From a candidate division FCPU426 bacterium (lineage in GTDB: Bacteria; Oederibacteriota; Muellerivitia; Muellerivitales; Muellerivitaceae), in NCBI GenBank assembly GCA_963847625.1, contig CAWKAR010000045.1, forward strand, positions 1-64,000: a DNA stretch of 64,000 nucleotides, read 5' to 3'. Both the position numbers and the translations under genes were made by a program. A model generated the notes under the pieces. That model ran no database searches. It was given only the letters and a program-made list of their open reading frames with translations, and had not been told where the DNA came from. Position 1 is the stretch's first letter. Each line of letters begins with the position of its first letter. Positions 47,612-58,118 of the stretch are shown here, one piece after another.

Positions 47612-48352
47612 ATGAATTCATACGGGGAAGCTTTCGCGGCTTTTTATGACGACCAATTCGGGGATTACGCCGAAAAAGTAGCCCCGCTCCTTTTGCATTT
47701 TTTCTCCAGCCAACCTCTCTCCGAAACCAGCTCCAGAGTTCTGGATCTGGGTTGCGGCACCGGGAGGGTTGCCCTTCATTTCTTGGAGGCCGGATATTCT
47801 TTCACCGGCCTGGATCTTTCCCCTGATATGCTGGCCCTGGCACGGATCCGTTGTTCGCACCTGGTGGCCGGCCGAAACGCCGCTTTCGTCCAGGGCGATT
47901 TTTCCGAATTCGACCTAGAGGACAATTTCGGCCTCGTCGTTTCAACTTTCAACGCGATCAATCACCTGGAAAGCAGGGCGAATCTCCTGGGGTGTTTCCA
48001 GTCGGTCAGGCGGTGCCTGGCCGGGGGTGGGTGGTTCCTTTTCGATTACCACACGAAAAAAGGTCTCCGGGAATGGACGTCTTCCGAATCATTCCGCTTT
48101 GAAAGGGGCGAGGTGAAAACAGTCGGCTCCTTCGACGAGGAAAAAGGTTTGGCTGTATTGAAACTTCATGGATCCTACGGCGACTTCTCGTTCGATGAAA
48201 CTATCCGGAACGTAACGTTCCCATTGCCCGATTTGGAAGGCCTTCTGAAAAAGGAAGGCTTTGGCAAGATAATTTATTCCCGGATGGATGACCTGGGTTA
48301 CCCTGTAAGCGACCCAGAAAACGAATTCCGCGTGGTGGTGATGGCCTCCTAA
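47612..48352 (+). CDS. Class I SAM-dependent methyltransferase
   Basis: VLDLGCGTG, GLDLSPDML, L..GGWFLFD. Confidence 0.92.
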   Translation: MNSYGEAFAAFYDDQFGDYAEKVAPLLLHFFSSQPLSETSSRVLDLGCGTGRVALHFLEAGYSFTGLDLSPDMLALARIRCSHLVAGRNAAFVQGDFSEFDLEDNFGLVVSTFNAINHLESRANLLGCFQSVRRCLAGGGWFLFDYHTKKGLREWTSSESFRFERGEVKTVGSFDEEKGLAVLKLHGSYGDFSFDETIRNVTFPLPDLEGLLKKEGFGKIIYSRMDDLGYPVSDPENEFRVVVMAS

Positions 48353-48449
48353 AGTCGGTTACTTCCTTTTGCGATAGTGGATTTTTTTATATTATTATCA
48401 TTATCGCCTAGAATGATGCTTCTTCAAAATCCCGCAAAAGGAAAAAGAC

Positions 48450-49385
48450 ATTTACCTGGGGAACCAAAATTTCACAAAGCCGCTGACGGGTTTAACCGGG
48501 AATATCCAAATCCTGATCCGCGCTGTTCGGTCCGCTTTCAAACTGTACGCCGGCCGGCCTAAGGCGTACAAGCGGCTTTTCGCAAGCTCCCTCGCTTTCA
48601 AAACTGTTCTCGCCCTGGTTCCGGTCCTCGCCATCCTCATGGCGGTTCTTGCAGGGGAAGCTTTTTCCGAGAAAAGGGAAGCCATCCTGGACCGGATTGT
48701 GGACGTCATCTATCCCGTTGAAAGCCTCGACAACGACCCGACTTTGGACCCCACTGAAAAACAAAACCTCAAGGAAATGAATCAGGGGGGAAAACGGCAA
48801 ATCCGGCGTTCCATGCAGAAATTCGCTGAACATTCGAAAAAGGTCGGGTGGACGGGTTTGATGGCCTTCGCCGTGGTGGTGTTTCTATTATTAAAAGACG
48901 TGGAAAGTTCCTTCAACTTCCTTTGGGGCGTGAACCGGGGAAGGCCCCTTCCTTCCCAGCTCCTGAGGCATACCCTTTTATTTCTGCTCACGCCGCTGAC
49001 GTTGATCCTTGCTTTGAAAATGAAGGATTGGATCCATGGTTGGGGGATTGTAAAACCATTCTGGAATGGCTGGTTCCTTTCGGCCGCGGTACCCTTCTTT
49101 TTCCTCTGGGCCGGATGTGCGGCCATGTATGCTTGGATTCCCAACGCCAAGGTCGGCCGTAAGGCGGCCCTTTCCGCGGGATTTCTGACAGCATTTCTCC
49201 TGGAAGCGGGCCGCCGCGGGATGAACTACTACACTATTCACGTAGTGGAGCATTCCAAGGTTTACGGGGCCCTTTGGACCTTTCCGGTGATTCTAATTTG
49301 GCTGTATGTTTCCTGGACCCTGATCCTATTCGGCGCGGAAGTGGCTTTTTACATCCAACATCCACCTTCGGCGGGGAATCGATAG
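48450..49385 (+). CDS. YihY/BrkB-family membrane protein; start uncertain, upstream of the first ATG (48639)
   Basis: SFNFLWGV...R, YGAL...LIWLYVSW.LILFGAE. The in-frame ASSLAFKTVLALVP motif lies before ATG 48639 and the frame is open from 48417. Confidence 0.8.
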   Translation: MYLGNQNFTKPLTGLTGNIQILIRAVRSAFKLYAGRPKAYKRLFASSLAFKTVLALVPVLAILMAVLAGEAFSEKREAILDRIVDVIYPVESLDNDPTLDPTEKQNLKEMNQGGKRQIRRSMQKFAEHSKKVGWTGLMAFAVVVFLLLKDVESSFNFLWGVNRGRPLPSQLLRHTLLFLLTPLTLILALKMKDWIHGWGIVKPFWNGWFLSAAVPFFFLWAGCAAMYAWIPNAKVGRKAALSAGFLTAFLLEAGRRGMNYYTIHVVEHSKVYGALWTFPVILIWLYVSWTLILFGAEVAFYIQHPPSAGNR

Positions 49386-49422
49386 ATACTCAGACCCTCT
49401 TGCTTATCAACGGGGTGAACAT

Positions 49423-50325
49423 TTGCGGAAAATTCAAGCTCTTACCATGATGATGGCTTGCTTTTTGGGGCTTCTGACAACCCGATCAACCGGGACTGAG
49501 GATCGTTACCTTGTTTCTTGCACTCTGAATGTTTCAGCCGGCAATTCCATCAGCCTCTATTTGAACGGGCATTTGGTAGACCGTGTTTCTTATACAAATG
49601 TCCGGACAGGACCGCAAAAAATCATCGGCCGCCCCTCCAGCCTTTGTTATTTTCAGGCTGAAAATATTTTCGCGTTCGAACTGGATGGCTCCAACCATAT
49701 AACAACCCTTTCGTACGGATATACTGGGTTCGCTTATTCCGTGGACTTGGAATTCTCGGACGGCAGCCATCGGATCATTACTAGCAACGAGACGAATCAA
49801 CACCTGAGCTTATACCTGGCGGATCGTTTGGTGGGAAATCCCAGGGGCTGGGAGAACCTGGATTTCGACGAGACCGGTTGGCAGGTTCCCTATTCGGCGG
49901 CTTCCATTCCGGGTTTGCCGGAAGTTTGGAATCCGCAAACGGGTATTCCCGTAGGTTACCTATCCGCCTCCAAGACCGTTCCTTTACAGGGGTTGAGCGG
50001 GGAACGCCACCTTTTCCGCCGGAAGTTTTCCCTGGAAATGGCTCCCGCGCCGCAGTGCCGGGAACCCAAGCCGGTGGCCAATCTTTACATTTCATGCGAG
50101 GAGGGGCCTGGAGTTTACCAGGTCGAGATCCTGGATAACGACGGAAGGCACGTCAAGACGGCTTTTCAAAAGAAGGTGTTCGGTAAAATAAGTACCTGGG
50201 TTCCCTGGGACGGTAAAGATGAAAAAGGAACAGCGGTACCTTCCGGAACCTATCAAGCGGTTTACACCAAGGATGGCTCCCCCTTGAGAGCCACCACCTT
50301 TTCAACCGATATGGGAAATCAGTGA
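49423..50325 (+). CDS. Secreted protein with C-terminal FlgD-like Ig domain
   Basis: Signal peptide; GW...FDE.GW sugar-binding-like segment; WDGKDEKGTAVPSGTY. Confidence 0.75.
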   Translation: MRKIQALTMMMACFLGLLTTRSTGTEDRYLVSCTLNVSAGNSISLYLNGHLVDRVSYTNVRTGPQKIIGRPSSLCYFQAENIFAFELDGSNHITTLSYGYTGFAYSVDLEFSDGSHRIITSNETNQHLSLYLADRLVGNPRGWENLDFDETGWQVPYSAASIPGLPEVWNPQTGIPVGYLSASKTVPLQGLSGERHLFRRKFSLEMAPAPQCREPKPVANLYISCEEGPGVYQVEILDNDGRHVKTAFQKKVFGKISTWVPWDGKDEKGTAVPSGTYQAVYTKDGSPLRATTFSTDMGNQ

Positions 50326-50351
50326 AGGGTGTGCTTATAATTAAAAGTTAT

Positions 50352-51673
50352 CACTAGTGTCCGGTTAACGATCTTCCAAAAACTCTAAAAGCCTTTGCCT
50401 GTAATCTGTTCCATGCCTAAACGACCTTTTTCGATTTGAACTGAATCGTCCTGCCTCACCATCCTTTCATCCAAGAAAGGGTGGTTCCTTATGAATGCCG
50501 GACGTACTGTTTTTGCTCAGTTGATGGACTTCTTTCCCCGCCATGAGTTTCAGAAATGCGTTGATCGCTACCACGGCAACCGTAGGATCCGCAGCTTCTC
50601 CTGTCTCGATCAATTCCTCTGCATGGTTTTCGCCCAGCTTACCTACCGGGAAGGTCTCCGCGACATTGAAGCCTGTCTGGGTTCCTTCAAAAACAAACTT
50701 TACCACGTAGGTATCCGTGGACGGGTCGCCAGGGCTACACTGGCTGACGCCAACCAAAAGCGAGATTGGCGTATCTACGCCGACTTCGCCCAAGTCCTGA
50801 TCAAAACCGCCCAATCCCTTTACACCAATGACGATTTTAGCGTGGACTTGAACCAAGCCGCCTATGCCTTGGACTCCACCATCATCGACCTATGCCTATC
50901 GCTCTTTCCTTGGGCGCGCTTTCGGTCCACGAAATCAGGCGTCAAACTACACACCCTTCTCAACCTCAGAAGCAACATTCCCGCTTTTGCCTGTGTTTCC
51001 AACGCTTCCGTGCATGACGTACATTTGCTGGACATCCTACCCTTGGAACCAGGCTCCTTCTACATGCTCGACCGTGGCTACACGGATTTCAGCAGATTGA
51101 ACCGCCTCATCGAAAACCTTTCCTTCTTTGTCATACGTGCCAAGTCCAATTTTAACTTCTATCGGCGATATTCCGCCCCTGTGAATTTATCTCTGGGCCT
51201 TCGGTTCGACCAGACTGTCGTCTTGGCCGATCCGAATAAGTTCAAGGAATATCCTCATCCCCTACGCCGCATCGGCTTCGTTGACCCCATCACCCGTAAG
51301 CGCTTGGTTTTTCTTACCAATAACTTCGTCTTACCAGCTTTGACCATCTGTCAACTCTACAAATCTAGATGGCAAGTCGAACTCTTCTTCAAGTGGATCA
51401 AACAGCATCTTCGCATCAAAGCTTTCTTTGGCACATCATCCAATGCCGTCAAAACCCAAATTTGGATCGCTATTTGCGTGTATGTCTTAGTCGCCATCGT
51501 CAAGAAAAAACTCGGCCTTCAATTAAGCCTTTACACAATCCTACAGATTTTGAGCGTCACCCTTTTTGAGAAAACCCCTATACTACAAGCGTTTTCAGAC
51601 GACGCCTGCATTTCAGAAAACACCAACACTGAAAACCAATTGTCTTTACTGCGTTTTTAACCGGACACTTGTG
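50352..51673 (+). mobile_element. Complete IS4-family insertion sequence (1322 bp)
   Basis: TIRs CACTAGTGTCCGGTTAA / TTAACCGGACACTTGTG; 9-bp TSD AAAAGTTAT at 50343-50351 and 51674-51682. Confidence 0.95.
50491..51660 (+). CDS. IS4-family DDE transposase (DUF4372-type N-terminus)
   Basis: DST, GVKLH, DRGY, Y..RWQVELFFKWIKQ (YREK). Confidence 0.96.
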   Translation: MNAGRTVFAQLMDFFPRHEFQKCVDRYHGNRRIRSFSCLDQFLCMVFAQLTYREGLRDIEACLGSFKNKLYHVGIRGRVARATLADANQKRDWRIYADFAQVLIKTAQSLYTNDDFSVDLNQAAYALDSTIIDLCLSLFPWARFRSTKSGVKLHTLLNLRSNIPAFACVSNASVHDVHLLDILPLEPGSFYMLDRGYTDFSRLNRLIENLSFFVIRAKSNFNFYRRYSAPVNLSLGLRFDQTVVLADPNKFKEYPHPLRRIGFVDPITRKRLVFLTNNFVLPALTICQLYKSRWQVELFFKWIKQHLRIKAFFGTSSNAVKTQIWIAICVYVLVAIVKKKLGLQLSLYTILQILSVTLFEKTPILQAFSDDACISENTNTENQLSLLRF

Positions 51674-51808
51674 AAAAGTTATATGAATCCCCTGAGCCCA
51701 ATCCGTTCATTCCAAATATAAAGGAATGTCCTGATGGTTTAAAAGGAGACGAGTTTTCATCGTGTTTTTAAAAATTGGGAGGGGTAATCCCAAAATTGCG
51801 GGAACGAC

Positions 51809-52513
51809 ATGGAATTTTCAGAATACAAAATATTGATCGTGGGCGTGGGAGGCCTTGGATGCCCGGCCGCGGCGGCCCTTGCGGAGGCTGGTGTAGGTAC
51901 CTTGGGCCTGATGGATCCCGATACTGTGGAGATTTCTAACTTGCACCGGCAGATTCTTTATTCTGACGCGGATATCGGCCGTTCCAAGATAGAGGCCGCC
52001 TTGGATTACCTGGGCCCGCTTCACCCGAATACCAAGCTTGTGGGCATTCCCGAAGCCTTGGGTGCCGGGAACGCAGAACGATATTTAAGCGAATACGATC
52101 TGATTGTGGATGGCCTGGACCGCCTGGAAAAGAAATTTTTTCTGAATGACTGGTGCGTGAAATTGATAAAACCCTTCGTGCACGCGGGGGTGGTGAGGTT
52201 CGAGGGCCAGGTGTTGGGGGTTTTGCCGGGACAAACGGCCTGTCTGCGGTGCCTTATCCCCAAAATACCCCCGCCGTTCGCGATGCTTACCTGCCAGGAG
52301 GCGGGAGTTCTCGGCGCCGTATCCCAAACCGTCGGTTATTTGCAAGCCCACGAGGCTTTCCGCTTGACCCAGGGGAAGCGAAATCCCAGGCTTTGGAAGA
52401 TCGACACCCTGAAGAGGGAGGTGCGTTCCATTGTCCCCCAAAGAAACCCGGAATGCTCCGCCTGCGGCCGGGGGAAAGCCCAGCCGGAACAAGTTCCGGG
52501 TTGTCCAACTTAG
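51809..52513 (+). CDS. HesA/MoeB/ThiF-family adenylyltransferase
   Basis: GVGGLG, D.VEISNLHRQ, CLRC, C..AGVLG, CSAC. Confidence 0.93.
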   Translation: MEFSEYKILIVGVGGLGCPAAAALAEAGVGTLGLMDPDTVEISNLHRQILYSDADIGRSKIEAALDYLGPLHPNTKLVGIPEALGAGNAERYLSEYDLIVDGLDRLEKKFFLNDWCVKLIKPFVHAGVVRFEGQVLGVLPGQTACLRCLIPKIPPPFAMLTCQEAGVLGAVSQTVGYLQAHEAFRLTQGKRNPRLWKIDTLKREVRSIVPQRNPECSACGRGKAQPEQVPGCPT

Positions 52514-53799
52514 TCCGGGTCTTTTTCCAATGACAATGCCAGGAAGCCCGCCAGCAGAAGGGTCAAGGCCAAGACGAGCATGCCGCTCTCGAAATGTTTG
52601 GTGGCTTCCCGCACGAACCCGATGATATTGGGCCCCACGAAGCCTCCGATATTTCCCACCGAGTTGATCAAGGCGATCCCTCCAGCGGCCGCCCGGCCGC
52701 TCAAGAAAACAGTGGGCAGGCTCCAGAAGGGCCCCAAAGTGCTCCAGATCCCGGTAGCCGTCAGGCAAAGTGTGAGGAAGGCCAGGAGGGGGTGGCTTTG
52801 CAGGAATAGGGCGCCCAGAAGGAGCCCAAGGCAGGCGCAAAAGGCGGAAGCGGCCACGTACCGCCGCCTTTCCCCCGACTTATCCGACCGGTAGGCGATC
52901 CAGACCATTCCCACCGCGGCGCAAAGGTAGGGAACAGCGGATAAAAGGGCGACGGTCGTGTTATCGAGGCCCGAGAAATTTTTCACGATCTGGGGCAGCC
53001 AGAAAGCCACCCCGTAAAAGCTGATGACGATGGAAAAATAAAGCAGACACAATACCCAGACCCGGGGATGCGTGAGGGCCTCCCCTAGTTTCAGGGGGTG
53101 CCGGTTTTGGAGTTCCTGTCGCTCCTGATCCATGGTTTTCTCAAGCCAATTCCTTTCCTGGGAAGACAGCCAGGATGCGTGTTCCGGCCGGTCCGTCAGG
53201 TAAAAATAAGTGACGAAGCCCAGGGCAAAGGAAGGAAGGCCCTCCAGAAGAAAAAGCCATTGCCAGCCCTGCAGGTTCCAGTAACCCCTAAAGCTCAAAA
53301 GTGCCGCCGAGAGGGGGCCGCCAACCACACCCGCCAGGGCCGTTGATGTGAGGAAAAGGGCGAAGGCCCTTGCCCTTTCCCGGGCCGGGATCCAGAAGGT
53401 GAGATAGTATAAGATTCCCGGGAAGAAACCCGCTTCGGCGGCGCCTAAAAGGAACCGAAGGGTGTAAAAACTCGCCGGGCTCCTCACCCACATCATGCAG
53501 CAGGAAAGCAGGCCCCAGGTCACCATGATGCGTGCGATCCAGATCCTGGCCCCGACCCGTTCTAAAACCAGGTTGCTTGGAATCTCGAACACCACGTACC
53601 CGATGAAAAAAACGCCCGCCCCGAAACCGTAAACCGCGTCGCTGAACCCGAGGTCAGCCTTCATGACCAGCGCCGCGTAACTGATGTTGAAGCGGTCCAA
53701 GTAATTCAAAATGTAACAGAGGAACAAATAGGGGATAATCCGCCGCTGAACTTTCAATGGGGTGTTTGACAGTATGTTTAAAGAACTTAGTTTTTTCAC
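52510..53799 (-). CDS. MFS transporter (anion:cation symporter family)
   Basis: YLDRFNI, FEIPSN, GARIWIARIM, AEAGFFPG, GWQWLFLLEGLP, INSVGNIGGF. Confidence 0.93.
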   Translation of the reverse strand: MKKLSSLNILSNTPLKVQRRIIPYLFLCYILNYLDRFNISYAALVMKADLGFSDAVYGFGAGVFFIGYVVFEIPSNLVLERVGARIWIARIMVTWGLLSCCMMWVRSPASFYTLRFLLGAAEAGFFPGILYYLTFWIPARERARAFALFLTSTALAGVVGGPLSAALLSFRGYWNLQGWQWLFLLEGLPSFALGFVTYFYLTDRPEHASWLSSQERNWLEKTMDQERQELQNRHPLKLGEALTHPRVWVLCLLYFSIVISFYGVAFWLPQIVKNFSGLDNTTVALLSAVPYLCAAVGMVWIAYRSDKSGERRRYVAASAFCACLGLLLGALFLQSHPLLAFLTLCLTATGIWSTLGPFWSLPTVFLSGRAAAGGIALINSVGNIGGFVGPNIIGFVREATKHFESGMLVLALTLLLAGFLALSLEKDPD

Positions 53800-53889
53800 A
53801 AGTCGTTGAAACCTTTGACGGAAATCAGGATGACGCCTATCCTAACTAGACCCTTACCACGGCGGTAATACCGGAAGCATTGGAAAAAA

Positions 53890-55416
53890 ATGAAGCCTTT
53901 TCAACGGAAGAATTTATCATACGGTTTCCCAAGTCCTAAATACAATCCGGATAGGTTGTACCCTCTGTTTTGCTTTATTTTTGTTCTTGCGGGTTTGGCC
54001 CTGCTGTTAGCTGGATTTGTTCCTCTTTCCCAGCGCCTTTTTTGCCCTTTCCAGGTGAACCAAGGCGAGGCCATCAACGTGGAGTTTTCCCGGATTTTTT
54101 TAAGGGGGGGGGCTTTATATCATGACCCGAATATGAGCCCCTATATTAACACCACCTACCCGCCGCTTTTTCCGATCCTCCAGGGCTGGCTTTCGCTCTT
54201 GATACCCGGCACATGGTTGGCGGGAAGGCTGCTGGCTTTCGCAGGTTACCTGGGTTGCGCCTTGGCATTGTTGACTTGGGGATTGCGCCATTGGCCGGCA
54301 GGCCCTTCCATGGCTCTGGCGGTCTTATTCCTCCTTTCACCGACATGGGCAACGTGGGGAAGCATCGTCCGGGTAGATTGTTTCGTAACGGCGCTTGTTT
54401 TTACGGCGTTTCTTTTATTACGCCATACCGATCGTTTACAGCGCAAAAACCCAGGAAAAATTTATTGGTTTTTAACGGCCGGCTTCCTGACCGCCCTTGC
54501 TGTTTTAAGCAAACAAAACGCCGTACTGTTGGCACTTGCCTATGGTTTGACCTGCCTTTTCGAAAAAAGATGGAAGGATATGCTCCTATTCGGGACGGCT
54601 TTCGTGTGCCCGTCCCTAGTATCGGTGATTTTTCTTCAGCACCTCAGTCATGGTTTTTATTGGAAACAGACCGTCCTTTGGGTTCCCGAATACGGATTTC
54701 AGCCTAGCCTTCTGTCCTATTACATTAAAACTAGTTTCCTGCCGGAATGCGGTTGGTTGTTGGCCGGCGTTATCGTGACGGCTTTGTGGAAAAAGACGTC
54801 CCTGCTCAGTAAATGCCAGGTGCTTTTGACTTTACTTTTCGTTATGGGAATGGCTCGAAAAACCAGCGCGGAAAATTATTACTTGGATTTCATTCTTTAC
54901 GGGCTTTTCTTCCTCGGGGAAGGATGGTTTTCTCCGGAGAAGGCCTTTAACCAGAAAGTAGGGATGTTGCCTTTTATCCCGCAATCGAAATGGATCAATG
55001 CGGCTTTGAATTCAAAATTTATATTTTTAATTATTTTGGTATGGGGATTTTTTTCTTTCAGCTCCCGGCCTTGGCCTTGGCCGCCATCCCGAACTGATAT
55101 AGGCATGAAAATGCAGGCGCTTGGCTTATATCGGGCGAAAGGCGAGTATTTGGCCCTGGATTTGGACCTTCCGCTCCTCGCGGGGAAACGACTGTGGATC
55201 CAGCCTGCTGAATATACCGCCCTGGTGGAAAAAGGTTATTGGAGCCCCTCTTCGCTTATCCGGGATATCCGGGAGAAAAAGTTTGTGACGATCGAATTGT
55301 ATGATATCCCGCAGCAATACTTACTACCGGCGGATGTGGTTGAAGAAATAAACCGTTCCTACCGAGTGTTCTTGAGGGGTTTTGGACGAGAATGGTTTGC
55401 CCCCAAAAAAGATTAA
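53890..55416 (+). CDS. ArnT/PMT-like GT-C membrane glycosyltransferase
   Basis: GE, YPPLF, GRL, RVD and SKQ motifs in a multi-TM protein. Confidence 0.75.
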   Translation: MKPFQRKNLSYGFPSPKYNPDRLYPLFCFIFVLAGLALLLAGFVPLSQRLFCPFQVNQGEAINVEFSRIFLRGGALYHDPNMSPYINTTYPPLFPILQGWLSLLIPGTWLAGRLLAFAGYLGCALALLTWGLRHWPAGPSMALAVLFLLSPTWATWGSIVRVDCFVTALVFTAFLLLRHTDRLQRKNPGKIYWFLTAGFLTALAVLSKQNAVLLALAYGLTCLFEKRWKDMLLFGTAFVCPSLVSVIFLQHLSHGFYWKQTVLWVPEYGFQPSLLSYYIKTSFLPECGWLLAGVIVTALWKKTSLLSKCQVLLTLLFVMGMARKTSAENYYLDFILYGLFFLGEGWFSPEKAFNQKVGMLPFIPQSKWINAALNSKFIFLIILVWGFFSFSSRPWPWPPSRTDIGMKMQALGLYRAKGEYLALDLDLPLLAGKRLWIQPAEYTALVEKGYWSPSSLIRDIREKKFVTIELYDIPQQYLLPADVVEEINRSYRVFLRGFGREWFAPKKD

Positions 55417-55648
55417 AAGCCTTTTCCGCACGGCAAGGGAAAGAACTTGGCCTGGGGCCTTCTTGTTTAGGTTTATTTTTTCATCCGACAGAAAAAAATA
55501 CATAAAAAAATACCGCGCACGAAAATAATGAGACTAGTTAATAAAAGAATTTTAATAACTTTAAAGCATGTTTTTGCGTTGGATTGATATAATCTTGGCT
55601 CCTTCTTCTTGCGGGAACCGTACTAAACAAAGGAGTTTTTGAAGAAAA

Positions 55649-58101
55649 ATGCCAACCGCTCTCGTTATCCACGGACATTTCTACCAGCCACCCCGGGAAA
55701 ACCCCTGGACGGGAGTTGTCGACGACCAACCCAACGCCAAACCCTTTCCCAATTGGAACGACCGGGTTTACTACGAATGCTACCGGCCTAACGCCTTCGC
55801 CCGGGTATTCGACTCCAAGTCGAACCGAATCGAAAGCATTGTCAATAGTTACGAGTCCCTCAGCTTTAATTTCGGCCCGACACTCCTTTCCTGGATGGAA
55901 AAAAACCATCCCCATACCTACCAGCGCATCCTGGAGGCGGACCGCAACAGCCTCAAACGCAACGGGGGGCACGGTAACGCCATCGCGCAGGCCTATAACC
56001 ATCCCATCCTGCCCCTTTGCAACGAGGCCGACCGGGTAACCCAGGTGAAATGGGGTATCGCCGACTTCAAGTTCCGGTTCCACCGGGATCCTGAATCCTT
56101 GTGGCTGCCGGAGACCGCCTGCGACGACGCCACCCTTTCAGTGTTGATCGATCACGGGCTCAAATACGCCATCCTTTCCCCGGAGCAGGCCCAAAGGATC
56201 CGGCCGCTGTCGGGGGGGAGTGGCGCGACGTGTCCCGCAACGGCATCGATCCCGGCGTGGCCTACCGTTACTTCCACCGGGATGGATCAAAACGCTACAT
56301 CGACCTTTTCTTTTATGACCCGGGAATCTCGCGCGGGATCGCTTTCGAAGGCGCCCTCGTCACCAGCCAGGCACTCGTGGACCGTATCGCCCGGACGGTC
56401 AAAGGAGAGGGACGAATCGTTCACGCCGCCACCGACGGGGAATCCTACGGACACCATACCAAGTTCGGGGACTTGAGCCTGGCCTACGCCCTCAAGGTGG
56501 AAGCGGCCAACCGGGACTATTGGGTCACCAATTACGGGGCTTATCTGGAAAAATATCCCCCGGCCCAGGAAGTGGAGATCAAGAAGGGGGAGGATGGGCT
56601 GGGTACCTCCTGGAGTTGCGCCCACGGCGTGGGACGATGGTTCCGCGATTGCGGGTGCCAAACCGGGGGTCAGGAAGGCTGGAACCAGGCCTGGAGAGGT
56701 CCCTTGCGAAAAGCGTTCGACTATATCCGGGACCAGGGGGCACGGTTTTTCGAGGAGGAACGCGGAAAGCTATTCCAGGATCCCTGGGCGGTCCGCAACG
56801 ATTACATTCAATTGGTCCTGGACCCCTTGGCTTCCCGGGAAAGTTTCCTGGAAACCCACGCGGGACGGGGGCTTTCGTCCACGGACCAGATGAGGGCCTT
56901 GGCGCACCTGGAAATCCAAAGGAACGCCATGCTGATGTACACCAGCTGCGGCTGGTTCTTCTCGGAGATATCGGGAATCGAGGGCATCCAAGTCATGAAA
57001 TACGCTACCCGGATATTCGACCTGATGAGGATTCTGGGCCTGCCCGCGCCCGAGAACGAGTTCCTGAGGATCCTGGGGGAAGCCAAAAGCAATTTTCCCG
57101 AATTCGGCAACGGCGCGGATGTTTACCGCCGGTTCGCCGAGCCCAGCCGGGTCACCCCCCAAGGCGTGGTGGCCCATTTGGCGCTTTCCTCCCTGGTCAG
57201 TTCCGTGCCGGAAGAGGGCGAGGCAGGGGGTTACTTCTACGAGATGACGGATCCGGTGCGGGAACAGCGCGGGCGTTACACCCTCATGGCGGGCCAGGTC
57301 CACCTCAAGGAAGCCAAGGTCACCCAACAGTTCGCCTACGCCTTTGCGGGGATTCACCTGGGAGGCATCGATTTCTACGGCGCGATCCGGCCCTTCCTCC
57401 CGCCCGTGACTTTCCAGAAATCCTCCCGAAAACTGGTGGAAGCGTTTAACATTCTGTCCCTCCCGAAGCTCTTGCGGCTCCTTCAGGAGGAGTTCGGACC
57501 TGAGGAGTTCGGGGTGGAACAAATCCTACCTGAGGCGCGCCGGAAAGTCTTCCAGGAAGTTTTTGGAAGCCTGGTGGACCGCTTTTCCGAGCAGTACGTG
57601 CGGTTGTACGAGGAAAATCGCCGCAACCTGGAGATGCTCCAGTCCGTCGGGTTCGAGCTCCCCAAGGAAATCCAAGCCGCCGCCGAATTCACCTTCGGCA
57701 AGTTGTTCGAGGAGGAAATCCAGAAAAGGGAATGGTTCAAGGACCCGGAAGCCTACCAGAACCTCATCGAGCTGGCGGACGAGGTCACGCAACACGGCTA
57801 CCGCATCGACCGTTTCGTGCCGCAACACACCTTTCGCAATCTCCTGACGGAGATCGTGGACAACGCCGTGGCCGAGCCCAGTGAGGACAACGTGAAGGCG
57901 GCCGTCGCGGTGGTCCGGATCACGAAGAAACTGGGCCTGGACTATAATCTTTACCTGGCCCAAGAGGCTGTTTTCGAGTCGGCGGAAAAGTCCCGAGACT
58001 TTGAGAAGCTCATGGAGTTGTCGGACCTTTTGAACCTTCGAACCGACCTGCTTATGGAGAAAAACGCGGGAATCAAAGAGACTCTGCGGCCCACGGCTTA
58101 A
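55649..58101 (+). pseudogene. GH57/DUF3536 glycoside hydrolase split by a frameshift at G7 (56212-56218)
   Basis: IHGHFYQPPRENPW and WLPETA are in one frame; ATDGESYGHH, SWSCAHGVGRW and MYTSCGWFF are in another. One extra G joins them. Confidence 0.88.
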
Positions 58102-58118
58102 AGAGAAAGAGGGAAAAA

